Part shown: positions 15,256-23,582 of the stretch, piece after piece
Layout of the letters: every line of letters starts with the position of its first letter
How positions within the stretch are numbered: the stretch's first letter is position 1
Origin: Gemmatimonadota bacterium
GTDB lineage: Bacteria; Gemmatimonadota; Gemmatimonadetes; Gemmatimonadales; GWC2-71-9
Reading direction: 5' to 3'
NCBI GenBank assembly: GCA_041477065.1
Contig: JBGOUQ010000021.1
Location: 1,060 to 65,059, forward strand
DNA: 64,000 bases
Translations under genes and position numbers: made by a program
Notes under the pieces: generated by a model
The model's database searches: none
Told to the model about the DNA's origin: nothing
The model's input: only the letters and a program-made list of their open reading frames with translations

Positions 15256-17775
15256 TCACCGCCGCCACGCCGGATTGAAGGCATTATCGCCCACGACCGC
15301 GATCGGGTCCGTCCCGTCCGCGCGCATGACCTGAATCTGCGAGTAGCAGGTGTAGTAGTCGCAGGAGGAGACCATGAACGCAATCAGGCGGCCGTCCGGG
15401 GACCAGGCAGGGCCTCTGGCCGCACCACCCTCAAGGAGCGGCGACACGCTTGACCCGTTGGCGGCCATGGTGATGAGGTCCGCGTAACAGCCGTAGTAGG
15501 GGTCGTCGCAACCATAGTCCCGGGCAAATACGATCCGGGCCCCGTCGGGCGACCAGGCGGGCTGGATGTCGTTAATGCTTTCGTTCGTCAGCCGAGTGAC
15601 ACCCGTGCCGTCGGCGTTCATGACGTAGATCTGGGAGTAGCCCCCGCCACCGCGACTGCTCCGAAAAGCGACCTTCTGGCCGTCGGGGGACCAGGCGGGG
15701 TCGGCGTCGATACCGAAGTCATTCGTGAGCCGCACCTGATTCGCGCCGCTGGCGTCCATCACGTAGATCTCGGCATTGCCGTCCCGCTCGCTCACAAACG
15801 CGATCTTGCTGCCGTCCTTCGACCACGTTGGATGGTAGTCGGCGCCGCCCGCGGTCGTGAGCCGCACTTGATTCGCGCCGTTGGCATCCATCACGTAGAT
15901 CTCGGAGTTCCCGTCGCGCTGGCTCGCGAAGCCGATCTTGGCGCCGCCGGGCGACCAGGCGGGCTCGACGTCGTCTCCGGGGGCGGTCGTGAGGCGCGTG
16001 AGTCCGGCCCCGTTGGATTTCACCACGTAGATGTCGGTGTTGCCATTGACCCAGGACGTGAAGGCGAGCTGCGGGGCTTCGAGGCACGCGACGGCGAAGG
16101 CGAGCGGAGCGCTTTGCCCGACGGCCACCCTGACGGGGCGAGGGATCTGGCCCACCGGGTCGCAGTTCTGGGCCACGCCCTCGAGCCGTACGGTGTAGTC
16201 GCCGGGCAAGAGCTTGGCGATGGTCGTGGTCACATTGGACCCCAGGACGACGGCCGTGTCGACGCCCGAGGCTTGGACCCGGACGGTATAGCCGTTCGTA
16301 TCGGGATCGACCCCCGAGGTCGCCACGGTCACCGCGACGCTTCCCGTCGTCGCGGCGCAGGTCAGCGTGTACGTCGTGCGCGCGGTGTCCCGGGTCGTTG
16401 CTCCGGTGGTCACGGCTAGCACCCGCGGGTTCGCCCCGCCGATCACGCAGTTCCCCGCCACGCCATCGAGGAGGATGCTGTGGCTTCCCGCGCCGAGCCC
16501 GTTGACGGTGGCCGCTCCGTTGGCGGGAGCCGCGACGGGTGCCCGGTTGTCCACGCGGACGAGGTAGCCGTTCGCGTCAAGATCGGAACCGGAAGTCGCG
16601 GCGGTGACTTCGATGCTCGCGGTGGCCGCAAGGCAGTTGACGCCGAAGGTCGTCCGCACCGTATCGCGCGTGGCCCCGCCCGTCGTGACCGTCACGGCGC
16701 GCGCGTTGCTCCCGCCGACCGAGCAATTCCCCGCCGCGGCGCCCAGCGTGATGCTGTGGTCCCCACCACTCACGCCACTGAAGCCGACCGTCCCGTTCAC
16801 GGCGAGTGGCTGCGGGGAGCCGCCATCGACCTGCACGGTGTAGCCGTCCGGGTCGAGATCGAGCCCTGTCGTCGCCGCCGTCACCTCGATGCGGCCGGTG
16901 GCCGCGCCGCAGGTGACGCTGAACGTCGTCCGCGCGGTATCCCGCCTCGCCACGCCCGTCGTGACCGTCACGGTACGCGGGTTGCTCCCCGCGACGGGGC
17001 AGTTGCCCGCCACGCCGCCGAGGGAGAGCTGGTGGTCGCCCCCGGAGACGCCGATGAAGCGGACGGTGCCGCTCGGCCCCACGGCCTGCGGCGTCCCGCC
17101 GTCCAGCTGCACAGTGTAGCCGTCGGGATCGAGATCGAGACCTGTGGTCGCTGATTTGACCTCGACGATGCCGGTCGCGGACAGACAGGTGAGGGCGAAA
17201 CCCACCTGCGCGACCTCGCCGGCGTTGAGGGTGAGGGTGCGGGAGGCGGTCCCGCCCACGGGGCAATTGGCCACGATCCCCCCCAAGTCCACCGTATGGC
17301 TGCCGGGGGTCAAACGGGTGATGCTCACGGTCCCGTTCACGGGGACGGCCACCGGCGGCGCACCGTTCACCGACACGGTGTAGCCGTCCGGGTCCACGTC
17401 GATTCCGACCGTCGCAGCCGTGACCTCGACGCCGGTTGCGACGCAGCCGACCGCGAACGCCACGGAGGCGGTATCGGCGAGCGTGACCCGAACCGTGCGG
17501 GAGGCTCCTCCGCCGACGCTGCAGTTCCCAGCCACACCATCCAGCTCCACGTGATGGTTCCCCGTGTCCAGAGGGACGATGACCGTCGCCGCGTTCAGGT
17601 CCAGCGCCACCTCCGGATCGGCATCGACCCGCAGGCCGTAGCCGTCGAGATCGAGGTCACCCCCGGTCGTGGCGATCGTGATTCGGAGGGCACCCTTGGT
17701 CTGAGGACCGAAGGGTGGTTCACATGACAGGGCGATGGCCGCGGCCAGCCCAACGACCGCGAGGCGACTGAGCAT
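15256..17775 (-). CDS. Lipoprotein B: paralogue of A with 6 modules + TolB-like (PD40) beta-propeller
   Basis: ORF track, 839 aa. The N-terminus is MLSRLAVVGLAAAIALSC (lipobox), with SD GGAGG upstream of ATG 17775. It has the same module and propeller architecture as A. Long stretches are near-identical to gene A at DNA level, for example 16901-16960 versus 14281-14340 with 1 mismatch. Confidence 0.92.
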   Translation of the reverse strand: MLSRLAVVGLAAAIALSCEPPFGPQTKGALRITIATTGGDLDLDGYGLRVDADPEVALDLNAATVIVPLDTGNHHVELDGVAGNCSVGGGASRTVRVTLADTASVAFAVGCVATGVEVTAATVGIDVDPDGYTVSVNGAPPVAVPVNGTVSITRLTPGSHTVDLGGIVANCPVGGTASRTLTLNAGEVAQVGFALTCLSATGIVEVKSATTGLDLDPDGYTVQLDGGTPQAVGPSGTVRFIGVSGGDHQLSLGGVAGNCPVAGSNPRTVTVTTGVARRDTARTTFSVTCGAATGRIEVTAATTGLDLDPDGYTVQVDGGSPQPLAVNGTVGFSGVSGGDHSITLGAAAGNCSVGGSNARAVTVTTGGATRDTVRTTFGVNCLAATASIEVTAATSGSDLDANGYLVRVDNRAPVAAPANGAATVNGLGAGSHSILLDGVAGNCVIGGANPRVLAVTTGATTRDTARTTYTLTCAATTGSVAVTVATSGVDPDTNGYTVRVQASGVDTAVVLGSNVTTTIAKLLPGDYTVRLEGVAQNCDPVGQIPRPVRVAVGQSAPLAFAVACLEAPQLAFTSWVNGNTDIYVVKSNGAGLTRLTTAPGDDVEPAWSPGGAKIGFASQRDGNSEIYVMDANGANQVRLTTAGGADYHPTWSKDGSKIAFVSERDGNAEIYVMDASGANQVRLTNDFGIDADPAWSPDGQKVAFRSSRGGGGYSQIYVMNADGTGVTRLTNESINDIQPAWSPDGARIVFARDYGCDDPYYGCYADLITMAANGSSVSPLLEGGAARGPAWSPDGRLIAFMVSSCDYYTCYSQIQVMRADGTDPIAVVGDNAFNPAWRR

Positions 17776-17867
17776 AGGGAACCTCCTGTCCTGTTGAACG
17801 GACAGGGACGGCGAATTGTCGGGTCGATCGAGGGCTCGGCGGGCCGTAGGAATGGGCCCCAGCCGAC

Positions 17868-17897
17868 ATACTAGAGGAAAGCGAAGGAAACGGTCAG
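17868..17897 (-). promoter_or_regulatory. Candidate sigma-70-type promoter for lipoprotein B (minus strand CTGACC-N18-TAGTAT)
   Basis: Both hexamers were read from the reverse complement: the -10 at 17873-17868 and the -35 at 17897-17892, the latter overlapping the kinase-1 stop. It sits on the only AT-richer patch of this spacer. A 7-bp hairpin (CCTGTCC/GGACAGG, 17789-17811) abuts the SD. Confidence 0.3.
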
Positions 17898-19774
17898 CCC
17901 AGCTCCTCGTCCAGCTCGCGATGCGCTTCGAGCAGCAGGTCCATCTCCCTGGCGACCGCCTTGGCCAGACCGAGGTCCGTCGTCACGCTCTGGACGCTGC
18001 CGGTGCCGGCGTGCAGGCGCAGCAGGTTCAAACGGATCGTCTCGAGCGCGGCCACGGCGTCGGCGAGCCGTTGCTGCACCAGATCGCGCTCGGCCCGCAG
18101 GTCGGCGGCGATGCGGTCGCGGCGGTCATCGATCGAATTCGGCGCCTTCCTTGGCCCGCCTGGCCCCTCGCCGATCCCCGCTTCCTGTAATTCCTCGAGC
18201 CGCTCCCGCATCCGCCGGGCGTCTTCCTCCAGGCGGTGGACGACGTCGGGGAGGTCGCGCAGCTGCTGACGCGTCTCCTTGGGCAGCTCTGCGAACAACT
18301 GCTCGGCGGCCATGCCGATGGACAGCTCGGTGGGCCGATGCGTCATCGCCGCGGGGAGGGCGCCCGCGGGCACGAACGACTTGGCCACGCCGAACATCCA
18401 GCGCCCGAGCGGCCCAGTCCACACTCGCGCCCACACCTCCACGTCCACGTCACGGCGCCGCTGCATCCCCATGAGTGAGCCGACCCACGAGGTGAATCCC
18501 GCCCCGATCGCAAAGAAGCCGTAGTCGACGAGTGCGCCGCCGAATCCCGCTCCCAACACGACCAGAACTGCGCCCGTCGCCATCCCTGTCAGGCCGCCGG
18601 CTCTGAGCAAGCGCTCCGGGATGGTAGGACCGTGGCCATGCTCGACGGCGTGCTCCTCCCGGCTCTGCTCGATTTCCGCTCTGAACGCCACACCGATGTC
18701 GCCGTGGCCGAAGCCGGCCTTCAGCAGCCGGCGGGCGCGGTTGATCAGCACGCCGATCGGCAGCGCCACCAGGCCGCCGATGAGGGACGCGAAGGCTGGG
18801 ACGATGCCGAAGAACCCCCCCACGGCTCCGGCGCCGAACAGCAATGCGAATGGATACAGCAGCACGCCGCCGCCGTCGAGCCGGCCGTTGTGCTTCACGA
18901 ATGCCCGCAGCGCGACGGGAATCTCCTTCCGCTGCTCCAGGGCGACGGTGAGCAGCTCGGCCAGGTCCTCGCCCTTGTTCGGCCGCTCGGCAGGGTCCTT
19001 GGCGAGACAGCGCTCGATCGCCTGGGCGAGCTTGCGCGGTACGCCAGCCTTGGCAAGCGAGGGTGGCGGCTCGGTCACCTGCCTGGCGAGGACCTCGGTC
19101 GCCTTCTCTCCTTCATAGGCCAGCTTGCCGGTGACGGCGAAGTACCCCGTCAGGCCGAGGGAGTAGAGATCGCTGCGCCCATCAACCACTTCGCCCAGCG
19201 CCTGCTCCGGGCTCATGAACTCCGGCGTACCAATCACCTGGCCGCCGTCGAGGCCGGCCGCGCCTCGCACCAGTCCCGCGATCCCGAAATCGGCGACGAG
19301 TGCGCGGCCGCTGCCGGCCTCGAGGATGATGTTGTCAGGCTTCACATCCCGGTGGACGACGCCCTGCGAGTGCGCGTAGGCCAGCGCCCAGGCGACCTCC
19401 CGCAGTACCCGCGCCGCCTCCGACGGCGGCAAGGGGCCACGCTCGCGCACCCGGACGGTGAGCGTCTCGCCCTCCACGAACGCCATCGCGAAGAACACGA
19501 ACTCGGCGGCCTCGTCCACGCTGAAGATCGGGATGATGTTGGGATGGGAGAGCTTGGCCGCCGTGCGCGCTTCACGCAGGAACCGCTCCCGCAGGGTGGC
19601 GTCGCCCGCTTTGTCCGGTGGCAGCAGCTTGATCGCTACCGGGCGATCCAGCCGTACCTCGCGGGCGAGGTAGACGACCCCCATGCCGCCGCGCCCGACT
19701 TCCCGTTCCAGCGAGTAGCGCCCCACGAGGGCCTGTTGGAAGTCGAGGAAGAGCCGGTCGACCCGCTCAGACAC
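17894..19774 (-). CDS. Ser/Thr protein kinase 1 (N-terminal Hanks kinase, 4 predicted TM helices, C-terminal coiled coil)
   Basis: The track ORF 17894..19885 is trimmed to GTG 19774 by alignment with the two paralogues (VSERVDRLFLDFQQALVGRYSLEREVGRGGMGVVYLA). Kinase motifs are VAIKLL, HRDVKPDNI, DFGIAG and GTPEFMSPE. Confidence 0.9.
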   Translation of the reverse strand: MSERVDRLFLDFQQALVGRYSLEREVGRGGMGVVYLAREVRLDRPVAIKLLPPDKAGDATLRERFLREARTAAKLSHPNIIPIFSVDEAAEFVFFAMAFVEGETLTVRVRERGPLPPSEAARVLREVAWALAYAHSQGVVHRDVKPDNIILEAGSGRALVADFGIAGLVRGAAGLDGGQVIGTPEFMSPEQALGEVVDGRSDLYSLGLTGYFAVTGKLAYEGEKATEVLARQVTEPPPSLAKAGVPRKLAQAIERCLAKDPAERPNKGEDLAELLTVALEQRKEIPVALRAFVKHNGRLDGGGVLLYPFALLFGAGAVGGFFGIVPAFASLIGGLVALPIGVLINRARRLLKAGFGHGDIGVAFRAEIEQSREEHAVEHGHGPTIPERLLRAGGLTGMATGAVLVVLGAGFGGALVDYGFFAIGAGFTSWVGSLMGMQRRRDVDVEVWARVWTGPLGRWMFGVAKSFVPAGALPAAMTHRPTELSIGMAAEQLFAELPKETRQQLRDLPDVVHRLEEDARRMRERLEELQEAGIGEGPGGPRKAPNSIDDRRDRIAADLRAERDLVQQRLADAVAALETIRLNLLRLHAGTGSVQSVTTDLGLAKAVAREMDLLLEAHRELDEELG

Positions 19775-21656
19775 GCCGCAGGGCCTTCTCGATCTCGCCG
19801 TGGGCGGCGAGGAGCCGTTCCGTCTGCTCGCCGACCTCGCGCGCATTCGTGAGGTCCGCGGTGACGCTCTCGAGCGAGCCGGCACCGGCCCGCAGCCGCA
19901 GCAGGTCGAGCCGGATCGTCTCGAGTGCGGCCACTACCTCGCCCTGCCGGGCCTGAGCCGCTTCGCGCGCGGTCCGCAGGTCGGCGACGAGGGCATCGCG
20001 CCGGTCCGCGGCGACCGACGCACGGGCGCCTCTTCCCTCGCCGGCTGCCGCCAGTGCGTGGTCGATCTCCTCGATCCGCCCGCGCATCCGCTGCGCGCGT
20101 GCTTCCAGCCCCCGGATCACTTCCGGCAGGTCGCCCAGCGCGCGGCGGGTCTCTTTCGGCAGCTCGTGGAACAACCCGTCGGCGGCGGCGCCGAGGGCGA
20201 GCTCGGTGGGACGGTTCGCGGCGGCGACCGGGGCGCGCTTGAGCCCGTACCCTGCGAGCCGGAACAGCCAGCGGGCGAGCCCACTGCGCCAAAAGCGCCC
20301 CCGCATCTCCGCCGAGAAGTCGCGCCGCTCCATCGACCGCCGGATCGAAAGCAGGCCGACGAGCAGTGCGACCCCGATGCCAAGACCGGGGATGATTCCG
20401 CCGACACCGCTGAAGGCGAGGGCGAAGGACGGCACGCCGATGACCATCGCCAGCTTCACGCCGCGATTCCAGTAGTGAGGCGGCTCGGGGCCGTACTCGA
20501 AGGCCAGCTCTTCGCGCCGCCGGTCGAGCTCCAGACGCGTCGCGAGCGCCACGTCTTCAGCCCCATAGCCTACGCGCAGCAACGCGCGGACGCGAAACCA
20601 GTGAACAGTGAGCGACGCGCTCCCGAGCACGACTGCGAACGCGCCCGCCCCCGCCAGGGCACCGAGGGAACCCGCGCCCCTGCCGAGCCACATCATCAGG
20701 CTGGGCAGGAACATCAGCGTCATCAGCAGCCCGCCGCCGATGAGCGAGCTCTGGTCCCGGGTGATCTTGCGCAGGAAGACGCGCACCGGTACCGGCGTGT
20801 CCCGAACGGCTTCGAGCGAGGCGCCGAGCGCCTCGGCGAGCGCCTCACCGGTGGCGGGGCGCTCGGCGGGGTCCTTCGCAAGGCAGCGGTCGATCGCCTG
20901 ACACAGCGATGCCGGCGCCCCGCGCACCGACGGCGCGAGGGGGGGAGCCGGCACGGTGAGGTGCTTGGACATCACCGCCGCCGCGTTCGGCCCATCGAAC
21001 GGGAGTTTGCCGCTCAGCATATAGTAGCCGACGACGCCGAGCGAGTAGAGGTCCGTGCGGCCATCCACCGCCTCGCCGCTCGCCTGCTCGGGACTCATGA
21101 AGTCGGGTGTGCCGAGCACTTCGCCGACCCCCGTGCCGCCACCCGCCTGGGCGAGTCGTGCGATGCCGAAGTCGGCCACCAGCGCGCGGCCCGTGCCTTG
21201 CTCGATCAGAATGTTTTCCGGCTTGACGTCCCGGTGGACCACCCCCTGCGCGTGCGCATAGGCGAGGGCCCACGCCACTTCCCGCAGGATCCGCGTCGCC
21301 TCCGGCGGTGGCAGCGGCCCGCGGGCGGCAACACGATGCGCCAGCGTTTCACCGTCCACATACGCCATCACATAGAACACGAAATCCCCAGCCTCGTCGA
21401 CCGCGAAGATTGGGATGATGTTGGGCTGGGAGAGGCGGGCGGCCATGCGCGCTTCGCGCAAGAAGCGCTCGCGCAGCAGCGCCTGCGCCGCGAGCGTAGG
21501 GGGCAGCAGCTTGATCGCGACGAGCCGGTCGAGGCGCACCTCGCGGGCGAGGTAGACGATTCCCATGCCGCCGCGGCCCAGCTCGCGCTCGAGCGAATAG
21601 CGGCCGGCAACGGCGGATTGAAACTCGAGGAACACGCGGTCGAGGGCTTCAGGCAC
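19767..21656 (-). CDS. Ser/Thr protein kinase 2 (same architecture)
   Basis: ORF track, 629 aa, GTG start. Motifs are GRGGMGIVYLA, VAIKLL, HRDVKPENI, DFGIAR and GTPDFMSPE. The middle region is hydrophobic and the tail is coiled coil. Confidence 0.92.
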   Translation of the reverse strand: MPEALDRVFLEFQSAVAGRYSLERELGRGGMGIVYLAREVRLDRLVAIKLLPPTLAAQALLRERFLREARMAARLSQPNIIPIFAVDEAGDFVFYVMAYVDGETLAHRVAARGPLPPPEATRILREVAWALAYAHAQGVVHRDVKPENILIEQGTGRALVADFGIARLAQAGGGTGVGEVLGTPDFMSPEQASGEAVDGRTDLYSLGVVGYYMLSGKLPFDGPNAAAVMSKHLTVPAPPLAPSVRGAPASLCQAIDRCLAKDPAERPATGEALAEALGASLEAVRDTPVPVRVFLRKITRDQSSLIGGGLLMTLMFLPSLMMWLGRGAGSLGALAGAGAFAVVLGSASLTVHWFRVRALLRVGYGAEDVALATRLELDRRREELAFEYGPEPPHYWNRGVKLAMVIGVPSFALAFSGVGGIIPGLGIGVALLVGLLSIRRSMERRDFSAEMRGRFWRSGLARWLFRLAGYGLKRAPVAAANRPTELALGAAADGLFHELPKETRRALGDLPEVIRGLEARAQRMRGRIEEIDHALAAAGEGRGARASVAADRRDALVADLRTAREAAQARQGEVVAALETIRLDLLRLRAGAGSLESVTADLTNAREVGEQTERLLAAHGEIEKALRRV

Positions 21657-23526
21657 GTTGGATCTCCCGCTCCACCTCGCGCTGCCCGGCTAGCAGCCGC
21701 TCGGTCTGGTCCCCGATCTGGATGGCGCGGGCGAGGTCGGCCGTCACACTGTCGAGGGTGCCTTTGCCGACCGACAGGCGCAGCAGGTCGAGGCGGATGG
21801 TCTCGAGCGCGGCCACCACCGTGCCCAGTCGGCCCTGAGCGGCCTCGCGCGCCGCGCGCAGCTCGGGTTCGCGGCCCGAGCCACCTCCTGCGAAGAGCTG
21901 ATCGAGCTCGGCGAGCCGACGACGCGCCTCGTGCGCGCGATCCCGAAGACGTGCAACGACGGCGGGAAGATTCCCCAGCGCCCGCCGCTGCGCAGCCGAG
22001 AGGTTGGCGAAGAGCACTTCGGCAGCGAGCCCGATCGCCAGCTCCGTCGGGTGCCCCGTGCGGGGAGCCGCGGAGCCCTTCATCATCCCCAGACCTGCCA
22101 GACGGAAGTACCCCCGGCCGATCGGACCCCCCCACAGCAGCGCGGTGATATCCGCCAGCACGCGGCGCCGGGCCCGGAGTATGACCGAAGCGCTACCGAG
22201 GAACAGGGCGACCGAGAAGACGGTCTCGAGCACGACCTCCCGGGACGAGCCGGGCCGGACGACCTGCGCGAAAACCCCCAGCTGCGCGAGGACCCCCAGG
22301 GCGCCCATCACGACCCCGAACCACGCCAGGCGACCCGCCCAGCGGTCGGCCAGCGTCGGCTCCACGCCGATCTCCAATGCCAGCTCCTCGCGGCGCTGCG
22401 CCAGCTCTCCGCGCGCGGCCTCCGCGACCTCCTGGGCATCGTAGCCGGAGCGCAGCAGCCGCCGGCCCGGCGCGATCGCGGCCGCGACGATGCCGCTCGC
22501 CATGACGGCGCCGAGCAGTACGGCGGCGATGATCCCCCCCGCGATGGAGTTCTCGCCGAAATAGTCCGAGAACCCGCGCGTGAACGGAAACGCGACGAAC
22601 ACCGCTCCGACGACCATCGCGAAATTCCAGCCCGCCTTCCGCAGAAAGGCGCGGACAGGGACGGGGATTTCGCGGCGCGCATCGAGTGCGGCGCCCAACG
22701 CCGCGGCGAGATCCTCGCCGCTCGCGAAGCGCTCCCCGGGATCCTTCGCGAGGCACCGATCGACGGCCGCGGCGAGCCTCGGCGGCACCGCTGCGGCGAG
22801 GGACGACACGGGCGGGGCGGCTTGCGTGAGGTGCTTGGCCATCACCGCCCGCGCCGTCGCTCCCGCGAACGGCGGCCGTCCGCTCAGCGCGTAGAAGCCG
22901 ACGACCCCGAGCGAATACAAGTCGCTGCGCCCATCCACCGGCTCGCCGCTCGCCTGCTCGGGGCTCATGAAATCCGGCGTTCCCAAGACCTCACCAGCGC
23001 CGGTGTCGCCGCCGGCCTGGGCGAGGTGGGCGATGCCGAAGTCCGCCACCAGTGCACGTCCGCTGCCCTGCTCGACCAGGATGTTCTCGGGCTTCACGTC
23101 GCGGTGGATCACGCCCTTGTCGTGAGCGTACGCCAACGCCCACGCGACCTCACGGAGGATGCGTGCGGCCACTTGCGGCGGCACCGGTCCCCGGACTTCG
23201 ACCCGATGCGCGAGGGTTTCGCCCTCGACGTACGCCATCGCGTAGAAGACAAATCCGCCGGCCTCGTCGACGGCGTGGATCGGGACGATGTTGGGATGGG
23301 AGAGGCGGGCGGCCGTCCGGGCTTCGCGCAAGAAGCGCTCGCGCAGCGGCGCCTGCGCCGCGAGCACGGGCGGCAACAGCTTGATCGCGACCAAGCGGTC
23401 GAGCCGCACTTCGCGCGCGAGGTAGACGATCCCCATACCGCCGCGGCCCAGCTCGCGCTCGAGCGAGTAGCGGCCGGCGAGGGCCGCTTGGAAATCGAGG
23501 AACACCGGATCGAGGACGTCCGCCAT
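21649..23526 (-). CDS. Ser/Thr protein kinase 3 (same architecture)
   Basis: ORF track, 625 aa, ATG 23526. Motifs are GRGGMGIVYLA, VAIKLL, HRDVKPENI, DFGIAH and GTPDFMSPE. Confidence 0.92.
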   Translation of the reverse strand: MADVLDPVFLDFQAALAGRYSLERELGRGGMGIVYLAREVRLDRLVAIKLLPPVLAAQAPLRERFLREARTAARLSHPNIVPIHAVDEAGGFVFYAMAYVEGETLAHRVEVRGPVPPQVAARILREVAWALAYAHDKGVIHRDVKPENILVEQGSGRALVADFGIAHLAQAGGDTGAGEVLGTPDFMSPEQASGEPVDGRSDLYSLGVVGFYALSGRPPFAGATARAVMAKHLTQAAPPVSSLAAAVPPRLAAAVDRCLAKDPGERFASGEDLAAALGAALDARREIPVPVRAFLRKAGWNFAMVVGAVFVAFPFTRGFSDYFGENSIAGGIIAAVLLGAVMASGIVAAAIAPGRRLLRSGYDAQEVAEAARGELAQRREELALEIGVEPTLADRWAGRLAWFGVVMGALGVLAQLGVFAQVVRPGSSREVVLETVFSVALFLGSASVILRARRRVLADITALLWGGPIGRGYFRLAGLGMMKGSAAPRTGHPTELAIGLAAEVLFANLSAAQRRALGNLPAVVARLRDRAHEARRRLAELDQLFAGGGSGREPELRAAREAAQGRLGTVVAALETIRLDLLRLSVGKGTLDSVTADLARAIQIGDQTERLLAGQREVEREIQRA

Positions 23527-23582
23527 CGCGGCTATCCTAACGTCTGGCGGGCGGCGGCGCCAAAGCTCACATTCTCCTCCCT

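Noticed and set aside
15153-15383. N-terminal extensions of the longest ORFs: 12102..15383, 4897..8610, 2909..5071, 17894..19885 and 10696..12351.
   Set aside because: The extensions are Arg-rich and overlap the preceding gene or spacer. The internal starts give canonical signal or lipobox peptides or align with paralogues, and they coincide with start/stop overlaps or SD sequences.
12102-17775. Near-identical DNA blocks that might indicate an insertion sequence or other mobile element.
   Set aside because: The blocks are two paralogous structural genes in tandem. I saw no transposase, integrase, terminal inverted repeats or target duplications.
19800-22148. A 782-aa plus-strand ORF antisense to kinases 1-3.
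   Set aside because: It is antisense to three ORFs that carry complete Hanks kinase motifs. It is Arg/Gly/Pro-rich with no recognisable domain.
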